Shown: positions 39,062-47,096 of the stretch, in pieces
How the letters are laid out: each line of letters opens with the position of its first letter
How positions within the stretch are numbered: position 1 is the stretch's first letter
Assembly (NCBI GenBank): GCA_963775425.1
Contig: CAVZJB010000005.1
Location: 576,001 to 640,000, forward strand
Direction of reading: 5' to 3'
Length of the DNA stretch: 64,000 nt
Source: an uncultured delta proteobacterium
Lineage (GTDB): Bacteria > Myxococcota > UBA727 > VGSZ01
Notes under the pieces: model-generated
What the model saw: only the letters and a program-made list of their open reading frames with translations
Database searches by the model: none
What the model was told of the DNA's origin: nothing
Translations under genes and position numbers: made by a program

Positions 39062-39852
39062 GGGCACGGCGGCCCCCTGCGGATCACGGCCACGCTGCAG
39101 TCGTCGACGGGGCCGCCGCATGCGCACCAGGCGTTCATGCGCTTTTGCGCGAGGCTCTTGTTGTGCAGGTAGCGCGCGCCGCGCTCGAATTCGGCGAGGC
39201 CGCCGAGGGCGGTGCCGTCGGCGAGCACGGCGTCGCGCGCCGCGATGAGCTCGCCGGCGCCGTCGCTGCAGACCGCCAACGACGACGAAAACGACCCGAC
39301 GTGGTGAACGTGCGCGCGGAGCCTGCCGTCGAACAGCGCGTACGCGGGGTAGTCGGGTGCCGGCCCCTCGTCGAGGACGATCACGCGCCCGTCCACGCTC
39401 ACCAGGCCGTCTCCCGCGCCGAACACGACCGCGCTGTCACCGGTGGCCACCGCTGCGACCACGGTGAACAAGAGGTGCTCTTCGACCACCGCGGCGACGT
39501 CGCCTTCGTCGACGGCGAGGGCGCGCGTAAGGCGGCGCAGCTCGTGGACGAGCGCGCCCATGACGAGCGCAGGCAGCGCCGCCAGCGTCGCCCCCTCCCG
39601 CACGCGGCGGGCGGCGTCGGCGGCGACGAAGCGGGCACCCACGCCCGCTCCGACCTCCGACCGCGCCCCCGCCGAGCAGCCGTCGGCCACGCAGACCGCG
39701 ACGCACGCGCCGTCGTCGACCATCGCCGTGACGTCCTGGCCGCCGCGCCCGAGGCGGCGATGCGCACGGCCGGGCACGCTCGCGGTGAGGACGACCGGCG
39801 CCGCGCCCGTCATGGCGTGGCTGCCGTTTGCTTGTGATGCGACAAGAGTCAT
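39058..39852 (-). CDS. Protein phosphatase 2C domain protein (YegK-like)
   Basis: SVPGRAH..GQD, VADGCS..SEVGA, LLFT, GAGDG, CSDG, DDCS; alternative start at 39813. Confidence 0.85.
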   Translation of the reverse strand: MTLVASQANGSHAMTGAAPVVLTASVPGRAHRRLGRGGQDVTAMVDDGACVAVCVADGCSAGARSEVGAGVGARFVAADAARRVREGATLAALPALVMGALVHELRRLTRALAVDEGDVAAVVEEHLLFTVVAAVATGDSAVVFGAGDGLVSVDGRVIVLDEGPAPDYPAYALFDGRLRAHVHHVGSFSSSLAVCSDGAGELIAARDAVLADGTALGGLAEFERGARYLHNKSLAQKRMNAWCACGGPVDDCSVAVIRRGPPCP

Positions 39853-39864
39853 TAAGACTATTAT
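39842..39864. promoter_or_regulatory. Putative NrtR operator (GT-N7-AC palindrome)
   Basis: ACAAGAGTCATTAAGACTATTAT: GTC-N5-GAC core with AT-rich flanks, conspicuous in a GC-rich genome; nrtR is in the same operon. Confidence 0.75.
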
Positions 39865-39888
39865 CGTGTCGAAAGAGGCGCTCGTCAA
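39860..39888 (-). promoter_or_regulatory. Sigma70-type promoter for the PP2C-kinase-nicotinamidase-vWA-nrtR operon
   Basis: Minus strand reads TTGACG-N17-GATAAT. Confidence 0.75.
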
Positions 39889-40079
39889 GGGCCGGCCAAA
39901 TGCGCCAAGGAATTCACAGGGTTCGGGGCAGATCACCCCGGCGTCGAGGGTTGTGCGAGCACGCCGTCGCGCCGCGTTCCGGAATCAGGAGCGCGCGCGC
40001 GCCGTTTTCGCCTTCGGTTCCACAGCGGCCATTGCCCGCGTTTTCGACGTGGCTACACGCTCAAGGTGGAGATGTTCCG

Positions 40080-41519
40080 ATGAAGAAGCCTCTTTCCTCT
40101 CTCATTCTCGTCGTCGCCGTCCTCGCCACTCCGGCGCTCGCGCGTGCCGACAATCTCTGGCTCGAGCGCTCGTCCGCTGCGCCGCGGGTGCAGCTCCCGT
40201 CGCTCTCGCCGCTCGTGAAGGAGTCGGAGCCGGCGGTGCTGTCCATCTACGTCGAGAGCACCGTGCGTCCCGACGTCGACACGAACGACCCCCGGCTCGA
40301 CTTTTTCCGGCGCTTCGGCTTCAAGGTCCCTGACTTCAAGCAGCAAGGCCAGGGTACGGGGTTCATCATCTCGCCCCAGGGTTACGCGCTCACCAATCAC
40401 CACGTCGTCGAGAACGCCACCAAGATCCAGGTGCGCGTCGACGGCTCACCGCAGCTCCTGGGCGCGCACGTCGTCGGCGATGATCCGCGCACCGACGTGG
40501 CGCTCATCAAGATCGACAGCAGCCGCAAGGACTGGCCGGCGTTGCCGCTCGGCAACAGCGACATCCTTCAGGTGGGCGACTTCGTCGTCGCCATCGGCAA
40601 CCCCTTCGGCCTGTCGCAGTCGGTCTCCATGGGCATCGTCTCCGCCAAGGGGCGCCGCGACATCGCGCCCTCGGGGCGCCACGGGCTCTACGACTTCATC
40701 CAGACCGACGCGAGCATCAACCCGGGCAACTCGGGGGGGCCGCTGCTCAACGTCGCCGGTGAGGTCATCGGCATCAACTCGGCCATCAACGCCGCCGGGC
40801 AGGGCATCGGCTTCGCCATCCCCATCAACATGGTGAAGCAGGAGCTCCCGCAGCTCGAGAAGAGCGGCCACGTCGACCGCGCCTGGATCGGCGTCGCCAT
40901 CGAGGACGTCAACCCCACCGTCGCCAAGGGCCTCGGCCTCGATCACGCCCGCGGCGCGCTGGTGGCCTCCGTCGTCGACAAGAGCCCGGCGTACAAGGCC
41001 GGCCTCAAGCCGGGCGACGTCATCACCAAGTTCGACGGCAAGAAGATCGAGCGGGCGAGCAATCTCCCGCTCCTCGCCTCGAACGCGGGCATCGGCAAGT
41101 CCGTCATGGTCGAGCTCGTGCGGGACGGGGAGCTGCGCTCGGCGCGCGTCACGCTCGCCAAGATGCCGAACCAGGGTGAGGAGGCGGGCGCCGGCCCGGG
41201 GAGCTCGTCGCAGGGCGAAGAGCAGAACAACCCGGGCAAGATCGGCGTCAGGGTCGACACGCTCGACGACAACTACCGCCAGCGCCTGGATCTGCCGGGC
41301 AGCGTCCACGGCGCCATCATCATCGACGTCGACCAGAACGGCGTCGCGGCGCAGGCCGGGCTCGAGGCGGGCGACGTCGTCACCCAGGTGAACGGCGCCT
41401 CCGTCACCAGCGCTCGCGCCTTCGTGCGCCAGCTCGACAAGGTGAAGAGCGGTGGGCTCTTGAAGCTCATCGTCAACCGCCGCGGCACGCAGACGTTCGT
41501 GGCGTTCGTCAAGCCATAG
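40080..41519 (+). CDS. Do/DegP (HtrA) family serine endopeptidase with two PDZ domains
   Basis: Signal peptide; GTGFII, LTNHHVV, TDVALIKI, IQTDASINPGNSGGPL; two PDZ domains. Confidence 0.95.
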   Translation: MKKPLSSLILVVAVLATPALARADNLWLERSSAAPRVQLPSLSPLVKESEPAVLSIYVESTVRPDVDTNDPRLDFFRRFGFKVPDFKQQGQGTGFIISPQGYALTNHHVVENATKIQVRVDGSPQLLGAHVVGDDPRTDVALIKIDSSRKDWPALPLGNSDILQVGDFVVAIGNPFGLSQSVSMGIVSAKGRRDIAPSGRHGLYDFIQTDASINPGNSGGPLLNVAGEVIGINSAINAAGQGIGFAIPINMVKQELPQLEKSGHVDRAWIGVAIEDVNPTVAKGLGLDHARGALVASVVDKSPAYKAGLKPGDVITKFDGKKIERASNLPLLASNAGIGKSVMVELVRDGELRSARVTLAKMPNQGEEAGAGPGSSSQGEEQNNPGKIGVRVDTLDDNYRQRLDLPGSVHGAIIIDVDQNGVAAQAGLEAGDVVTQVNGASVTSARAFVRQLDKVKSGGLLKLIVNRRGTQTFVAFVKP

Positions 41520-41654
41520 CCCGCTCTCGGTCATCGCGCCGATAAGCGCGCGCGGCGGTCGCCCTTCCGGCGTCGCCGTGCGCGCTTGTCGCATCAGGCG
41601 ATCGTGACCCGGCGCGCCCGTGCCCCCCGCCGATACCTTGGGGAGAGGTGGTCC

Positions 41655-43181
41655 ATGGCGGACGGGACGACGGTCGACAGCGCGAGCAACGCGGAGCGGC
41701 AGCGGCAGGTGGCGCAGGCGCAGGCCGCGCAGACGCAGCAGCAGCAGCAGGCGCAGGCGCCCGCCACGGACCCGGCCAAGCAGGCCGCGCAGCGCGACGA
41801 CACCGTGGCGGCGGCCGCCACCGCCAACGACGTGCAGGGTCAGCGCGGGCAGAAGCTCCTCGACGCCAAGCCCAAGGCGCCCGGCGCGCCCGCGCTCCCC
41901 GGCGGCGATCCCGTCACGCCCGCCGCCACCAGGCTCACCGCCGACCAGGAGAGGACCGCGGCGTCGTTGCGCGCGCGGTTCACCCAAAAGCCCGACGCCG
42001 CCGGCTTCAACACGTACGACATCAAGAACGACAAGATGCGGGCGCTGCGCGACGCCACCGACTACGCGTCGAAGATCACGGACCCCGGGCAGCGGGAGCG
42101 GTTCGTCGCGTCCATCGCGCCGCAGGCGGGCGCCGCCGCGGGCGACGTCAAGAACCCCGGCGCCATCGAGCAACTCAAGAGGCTCGGCGAGCTCGGCACC
42201 ACGCAGAGCGCGCAGACCATGGCCAGGGAGGCCGTGCGCACCGGCTTCTTCGAAAACACCGTCCCCTTCGCCGACGGAAAGACCAAGGTCGGGCAGGCGC
42301 TCGGGGACATCCGGCAGCGGTCCAACGACAAGCTCGCCGGCGTCGCCGGCGACGTCGCCAAGGCCGTGATCCCGTTCGTCGACGCGGGCAACAAGCTCGT
42401 GCACGGTGACGTGAAGGGCGCGGCGAAGAGCGCGGGCATCGACGCCGCGCTGCTGCTCGCCGGCGGCGTCATCGGCAAGGGCGTGAAGCTCGCTGCGCCC
42501 CTCATCAAGGACGGCGTGAAGGCGGGCCTCGACCTCCTGAGAGGCTCCGCGAGCACGGCGGAGCGCACGGTGGGGACCGAGGCGAAGGTCGTCGAGCAGC
42601 TCGCCAAGCCCACGGTGACGGCGCCGCCGACGGCGGAGACGCCGCCCGCCGGACGGGACCTGCTCCACGATCCCAAGCAGACCGAGCCCTTCAAGAACCA
42701 GAAGATCACCGACACGGGCATCCACGCGCAGGGCGGGCTCACGCGCGCCGAGGGCGAGGCGATCAACGGCTTTCGCGACAAGCTGAACGCGTACAACGAC
42801 AAGTTCGGCCTCAACCGCGACCTCCCGCCGACGGCGGGCAGCGCGCGCGACGCCGTGTCGAGCGCCAACCGCGGCAAGGACGGGCTCGCGCGGCTCAACG
42901 CGGAGATCCGCCGCACCGACGAGACCGTGAACAAGCACCTCACGCCCGATGACCTCGCCGGCCGCGCCAAGGAAGCGCGCGGCGTCAGCACCGGCTACGA
43001 CCACGTCAAAGAGACCCAGGACGCGTACCTGAACCTCAAGAGCTCCGTGGCGCGCATCGACAAGTACCTCGCCGATCACCCGAACCTGCCCGAGGCGCAG
43101 GCGCGCTACCTCCTCGAGCGCAGGAACGGCCACGCCGACCTGGCGAGGACGCTCGAGAACACGCTCGGCTTTTACGAGTAG
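41655..43181 (+). CDS. Putative polymorphic toxin with C-terminal Ntox28-like (tRNase) domain
   Basis: GGAGAGG RBS; Gln/Ala-rich N-terminus; pre-toxin-like hydrophobic segment (IPFVD..DAALLLAGGVIGKGVK); C-terminal KHLTPDDLAG..E..G..YDHVKETQDAY.NL. Confidence 0.65.
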   Translation: MADGTTVDSASNAERQRQVAQAQAAQTQQQQQAQAPATDPAKQAAQRDDTVAAAATANDVQGQRGQKLLDAKPKAPGAPALPGGDPVTPAATRLTADQERTAASLRARFTQKPDAAGFNTYDIKNDKMRALRDATDYASKITDPGQRERFVASIAPQAGAAAGDVKNPGAIEQLKRLGELGTTQSAQTMAREAVRTGFFENTVPFADGKTKVGQALGDIRQRSNDKLAGVAGDVAKAVIPFVDAGNKLVHGDVKGAAKSAGIDAALLLAGGVIGKGVKLAAPLIKDGVKAGLDLLRGSASTAERTVGTEAKVVEQLAKPTVTAPPTAETPPAGRDLLHDPKQTEPFKNQKITDTGIHAQGGLTRAEGEAINGFRDKLNAYNDKFGLNRDLPPTAGSARDAVSSANRGKDGLARLNAEIRRTDETVNKHLTPDDLAGRAKEARGVSTGYDHVKETQDAYLNLKSSVARIDKYLADHPNLPEAQARYLLERRNGHADLARTLENTLGFYE

Positions 43182-43243
43182 GGCGCGTCGGCGCAGGTGG
43201 ACACGACACGGCACGGACGCGAGCGGGACTGTAAGCTTGGCTC

Positions 43244-43894
43244 GTGTTCGAACAGCTCGCCGCCTTCGCCTTGTTCCGCCGCCTGCGCGTCGCCCGTGAC
43301 GTCGACCCCCGCGTCGTCGACGCCATGGAGCTCGTGCCGCGCCACGCCTTCGTCGACGAGACCGTCGGCGCCCGCGTCTACGCCGACACGCCGTTCCCCA
43401 TCGGGCACGGCCAGACCATCTCGCAGCCACGCATGCTCGCGCACATGCTCACCGCCGCCGCCGTGCAGCCCGGCGAGCGCGTGCTCGAGGTGGGCGCGGG
43501 CTCGGGCTACGCGGCGGCGGTGCTGTCGGTGCTCGCGCGCGAGGTGGTCGCCGTCGAGCGCATCTCGGCGCTGGCCGACAAGGCCCGCGAGCGCCTGGCG
43601 TCGTACGAGAACGTGCGCGTGCTCTCGGGAGACGCCATCGACGACGCCCTCGACGACGAGCTCGGCGGCCCCTTCGACGTGGTGTTCGTCTCCGCCGGCG
43701 CCGTCGACGTGCCCGAGGAGCTCGTGCGCCGCACCAGGAGCGGCGGGCGCATCATCATCCCGGTGGGCGAGCGCACGCCGCGCGGCTCCGTGGACGGCGA
43801 GCTGTGCCGGGTCACCGTCGTCGACGGTGAGATCGTGCGTCACGAGCAGATCATGCGCTGCAGCTTCGTGCCGCTGGTGTCACGAACGCGTTGA
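43244..43894 (+). CDS. pcm: Protein-L-isoaspartate O-methyltransferase
   Basis: VPRHAFV, YADTPFPIGHGQTISQP, VLEVGAGSGY, GPFD, GGRIIIPVG, SFVPLV. Confidence 0.92.
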   Translation: MFEQLAAFALFRRLRVARDVDPRVVDAMELVPRHAFVDETVGARVYADTPFPIGHGQTISQPRMLAHMLTAAAVQPGERVLEVGAGSGYAAAVLSVLAREVVAVERISALADKARERLASYENVRVLSGDAIDDALDDELGGPFDVVFVSAGAVDVPEELVRRTRSGGRIIIPVGERTPRGSVDGELCRVTVVDGEIVRHEQIMRCSFVPLVSRTR

Positions 43895-45079
43895 GCGGTA
43901 CGCGGCCACGCCGCGCCCGAGGACCTCGATGCCGCGGCGGAGCACGGCCTCGTCGCGCACCGCGGCGAGGCGCACCTCGGTGCGGCCGCTCTGCGGCTCG
44001 GCGTAGAAGCCGCCGCCGGGGGCGACGACGACGCTCTCGGGCTCGCCCTTCGACGTGTCACGGAACCCGGAGACGAGGAAGCGCGCGAGCTTTTCGGTGT
44101 CGTCCACGGGCAAGCGGACCATGGTGTAGAAGGCGCCGGCCGGCCGATGGAAGGTGACGTCGGGGAGCGCCGAGAGCGCCTCCATCATGGCGTCGACGCG
44201 GCGCTTGTAGAGCGCGCGCACGCCCTCGACGTACGACGGCGGGAGCTGGAGCGCACGGATGGCGGCCCGCTGCGCGCGCGGCTGCGGCCCGAGGCGCGCC
44301 TGGCCGAGGCGCTCGACGCGCTCCATGAGCGCGGCGTTTCGCGAGATGAGGAAGCCGATGCGCAAACCACACGCCGAGAATGTCTTGGACGTGCTGTCGA
44401 CGACGACGACGTGGTCCCGGTGCTCGGCGAGCTCGAGCGCGGAGAACGGCGGGCGCTCGAACCAGATGGCGCGGTAGACCTCGTCGGAGATGATCCAGAC
44501 GCCGCGCTTCTTGGCCCACGCGGCCACGCGGCGCAGCGAGGCCTCGTCGTAGACGGCGCCGGTGGGGTTGCCGGGGTTGGAAAAGAGGATGGCGCGGGTG
44601 CGCGGGCCGGCGACGGCGTCGAGGGCTTCGTTCGACGGGAGCCCGAAGCCGTCTTCGAGGTGCGAGCGGACAGGGACGACCTTGACGCCCGCCGCCGTCG
44701 AGAAGCCGTTGTAGTTCGTGTAGTACGGCTCGGGGATGATGACCTCGTCGCCGGGGTCGCAGACGGCGACCATGGCGAAGAGGATGGCCTCGGAGCCGCC
44801 CTGCGTGACGACGACGTGCTCGGCGCCGAGGCCGGGGCTCGTGCGCGCGTGCCACTGGGCGGCGGCCGCGCGGCACGCGGGGAGGCCGGAGGCGGGGCCG
44901 TAGGCGAGCACGGGGCCGTCGTCGGCGGCGAAGGCGTCGAGGATCTCCCTGGGCGTGGGGACGTCGGGCTGGCCGATGTTGAGCCTGTGGAACGCGACGC
45001 CGGTCTGCTTGGCGACGTCGAGGTCGAGCTTGCGGATGGCCGACTCTTGCAGCGAGAGCGCGCGTCGCGACAGGTGCAT
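43880..45079 (-). CDS. PLP-dependent aminotransferase class I/II
   Basis: LNIGQPD, GGSEA, EPYYTNY, NPGNPTG, SDEVY, SKTFSACGLRIG. Confidence 0.93.
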   Translation of the reverse strand: MHLSRRALSLQESAIRKLDLDVAKQTGVAFHRLNIGQPDVPTPREILDAFAADDGPVLAYGPASGLPACRAAAAQWHARTSPGLGAEHVVVTQGGSEAILFAMVAVCDPGDEVIIPEPYYTNYNGFSTAAGVKVVPVRSHLEDGFGLPSNEALDAVAGPRTRAILFSNPGNPTGAVYDEASLRRVAAWAKKRGVWIISDEVYRAIWFERPPFSALELAEHRDHVVVVDSTSKTFSACGLRIGFLISRNAALMERVERLGQARLGPQPRAQRAAIRALQLPPSYVEGVRALYKRRVDAMMEALSALPDVTFHRPAGAFYTMVRLPVDDTEKLARFLVSGFRDTSKGEPESVVVAPGGGFYAEPQSGRTEVRLAAVRDEAVLRRGIEVLGRGVAAYRSTRS

Positions 45080-45185
45080 CGGCCCTGTTATCCGGCACGG
45101 CCAGACCCGTCGAGGCCCGGCCGTCGTCGTGGACCGCTGCCGTCGTCGTGGGGACGCCCCGTGGCGCGCGTGCTACGACGGCGCC

Positions 45186-46694
45186 ATGGGCACCGCCGCC
45201 GTCGCCGCCCTGTTCGCATGCGCGCTGCCGGCGTCCCACGCGGCCTGGTGGCGCGACGACGTCTTCTACGAGATCTACCCGCGCAGCTTCGCCGACAGCG
45301 ACGGCGACGGCACCGGCGACCTGCGCGGGATCATCGCGCACCTCGACGACCTGCGCGCCCTCGGCGTCGACGACGTCTGGCTCACGCCCATCCACCCGAC
45401 GCCGAGCGAGCACGGCTACGACGTCATCGACTACGAGGCCGTGGCCAAGGACCTCGGCACGCTCGCTGACGTCGACGCGCTCACGAAACAAGCGCACGCG
45501 CGCGGGATGCACGTCATCCTCGACTTCGTGCTGAACCACACCTCGGTGAAGCACCCGTGGTTCAAGGAGCACCCCGAGCGCTACGTGTGGCGCGACAAGC
45601 CCGACGACCGCTGGAGGCGTCCGTGGGACGGCGCGCCCGTCTGGCACGAGAAGGACGGCCGCGCCTACCTCGGGCTGTTCTGGAGCGGCATGCCGGACCT
45701 CGACCTCGAGGACCCCGGCGCCGTCGCCGCGATGCTGCACGCCATGCGTTTCTGGCGCGCCCACGGCGTCGACGGCTTCCGCATCGACGCCGCCCGCTAC
45801 CTCATCGAGGACGACCCGTGCGCCCGCCGCGCAGCGCTGCACGCGGCCGGTCCATGCACCGCCGCCGTGCAGATGGCGGACACGCCCGAGACCCACGCGC
45901 TCCTCGCGCGCCTGCGCCACGAGCTCGGCGACGACACCCTCCTCGTCGTCGAGGTTTGGGCGGACGACGGCGTCATCGCGCCCTACGCCCACGACGTGCA
46001 GCTCGCCTTTTCCTTCGGCACCGCCGGCGGCCTCGTCGACGCGCTCGAACAAGAGCAGCGCGCGCCGCTGGTGGAGGCGTTGCAGGCGGCGGAGGCGGCG
46101 TTCCCCGATCGCGGGTTCGAAGCGCCGTTCCTCACCAACCACGACATGGTCCGTGTGATGCGCGACCTCGCCGGTGACGTGTCGCGCGCGCGCCTCGGGG
46201 CCGCGGCGCTGATGGCGCTGCCGGGGACGCCGTTCGTCTACTACGGCGAAGAGGTCGGCATGCAGGGCGCCCCGCCGCGCCACCCCCACGACGACCACAG
46301 CCAGCGAACGGCGCTCGACTGGAAGGAGGTCGCCCGCGAGCGCGCCGCGCCCGCGTCGCTGTGGCACGCGTATTTCGACGTCATCGCGCTGCGACACGCG
46401 CACCCCGCGCTCACCGCCGGCGCCGCGCGAAGGCCGCGCACCACGGGCGGCGGCCGCGGGGCGTTCGCGCTCTTGCGCGACGGAGCCGGCGAGCGCGTGC
46501 TGTTCGTGGCGAACTTCGCGGGAGCGGCCACGGGCCCGTTCGACGTCGACGTGGCCGCGGGAGCGCCCGAGGCCCCGCACGCGCTCCTCGCGGAGGGCCT
46601 CGTCGCCGGCGGCGCGCGCGTCGGCCCCGGCGTCGTGCACATCGACGGCCTCGCCGCCCACGGCTTCGCCTTCCTGGCGCTCGCGCCTCGCTGA
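45186..46694 (+). CDS. Alpha-amylase family glycoside hydrolase (GH13), likely secreted
   Basis: YEIYPRSFADSDGDG.GDLRG, HGYDV.DY, DFVLNHTS, GFRIDAA, VEVW, FLTNHD, YYGEEVGM. Confidence 0.93.
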   Translation: MGTAAVAALFACALPASHAAWWRDDVFYEIYPRSFADSDGDGTGDLRGIIAHLDDLRALGVDDVWLTPIHPTPSEHGYDVIDYEAVAKDLGTLADVDALTKQAHARGMHVILDFVLNHTSVKHPWFKEHPERYVWRDKPDDRWRRPWDGAPVWHEKDGRAYLGLFWSGMPDLDLEDPGAVAAMLHAMRFWRAHGVDGFRIDAARYLIEDDPCARRAALHAAGPCTAAVQMADTPETHALLARLRHELGDDTLLVVEVWADDGVIAPYAHDVQLAFSFGTAGGLVDALEQEQRAPLVEALQAAEAAFPDRGFEAPFLTNHDMVRVMRDLAGDVSRARLGAAALMALPGTPFVYYGEEVGMQGAPPRHPHDDHSQRTALDWKEVARERAAPASLWHAYFDVIALRHAHPALTAGAARRPRTTGGGRGAFALLRDGAGERVLFVANFAGAATGPFDVDVAAGAPEAPHALLAEGLVAGGARVGPGVVHIDGLAAHGFAFLALAPR

Positions 46695-46707
46695 CCGCGA
46701 TTCGACA

Positions 46708-46841
46708 GCGGCGGACGCAGCCGCCGAAGTCGCTCCGAAGACGCTCGAACCTGTCAGGTGTCTGAAGGCGACTTCGGACGTTGCCGTCGCCGCCCGCGAG
46801 CGGAGCGAGCCGCGCGCAAGTGAGGTCGCCGACGGGCGACC
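46708..46841. repeat. Structured intergenic element (long hairpin plus short hairpin); REP/MITE-like or bidirectional terminator
   Basis: CCGAAGTCGC (46724-46733) pairs with GCGACTTCGG (46768-46777); GGTCGCC-GACG-GGCGACC (46824-46841); lies between convergent genes. Confidence 0.55.
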
Positions 46842-46847
46842 GAACAA

Positions 46848-47078
46848 TTACGTCTCGTCGGGCTCGGCCTTCTTCTCGGTGGCCGTCTTGTAGATGACCC
46901 AGAGCGCGGTGGAGGCCGGCAGCAGGATCACGAGACAGAAGGCGAGCACCGGGAAGAGGAAGTCGTAGTAGGTGGGCTCGGTGATGCGCTGGACGGCGCC
47001 TTGGTGCGCGGCGGCGGTGCCCTGGCTGGGGTCAACCTGCATTGCGACCTGGGTGAGCAGCGGAATGAGCGCGTACAT
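46848..47078 (-). CDS. Small membrane protein (76 aa)
   Basis: Single long hydrophobic segment, normal codon bias, follows the DUF1385 gene on the same strand. Confidence 0.6.
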   Translation of the reverse strand: MYALIPLLTQVAMQVDPSQGTAAAHQGAVQRITEPTYYDFLFPVLAFCLVILLPASTALWVIYKTATEKKAEPDET

Positions 47079-47096
47079 GGCGTCTTCAGCCTACCT

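Noticed and set aside
43182-43894. pcm or the overlapping 43197-44006 ORF as immunity gene for the Ntox28-like toxin
   Set aside because: pcm has all canonical methyltransferase motifs, and the alternative frame is Ser/Pro/Arg-rich shadow sequence.
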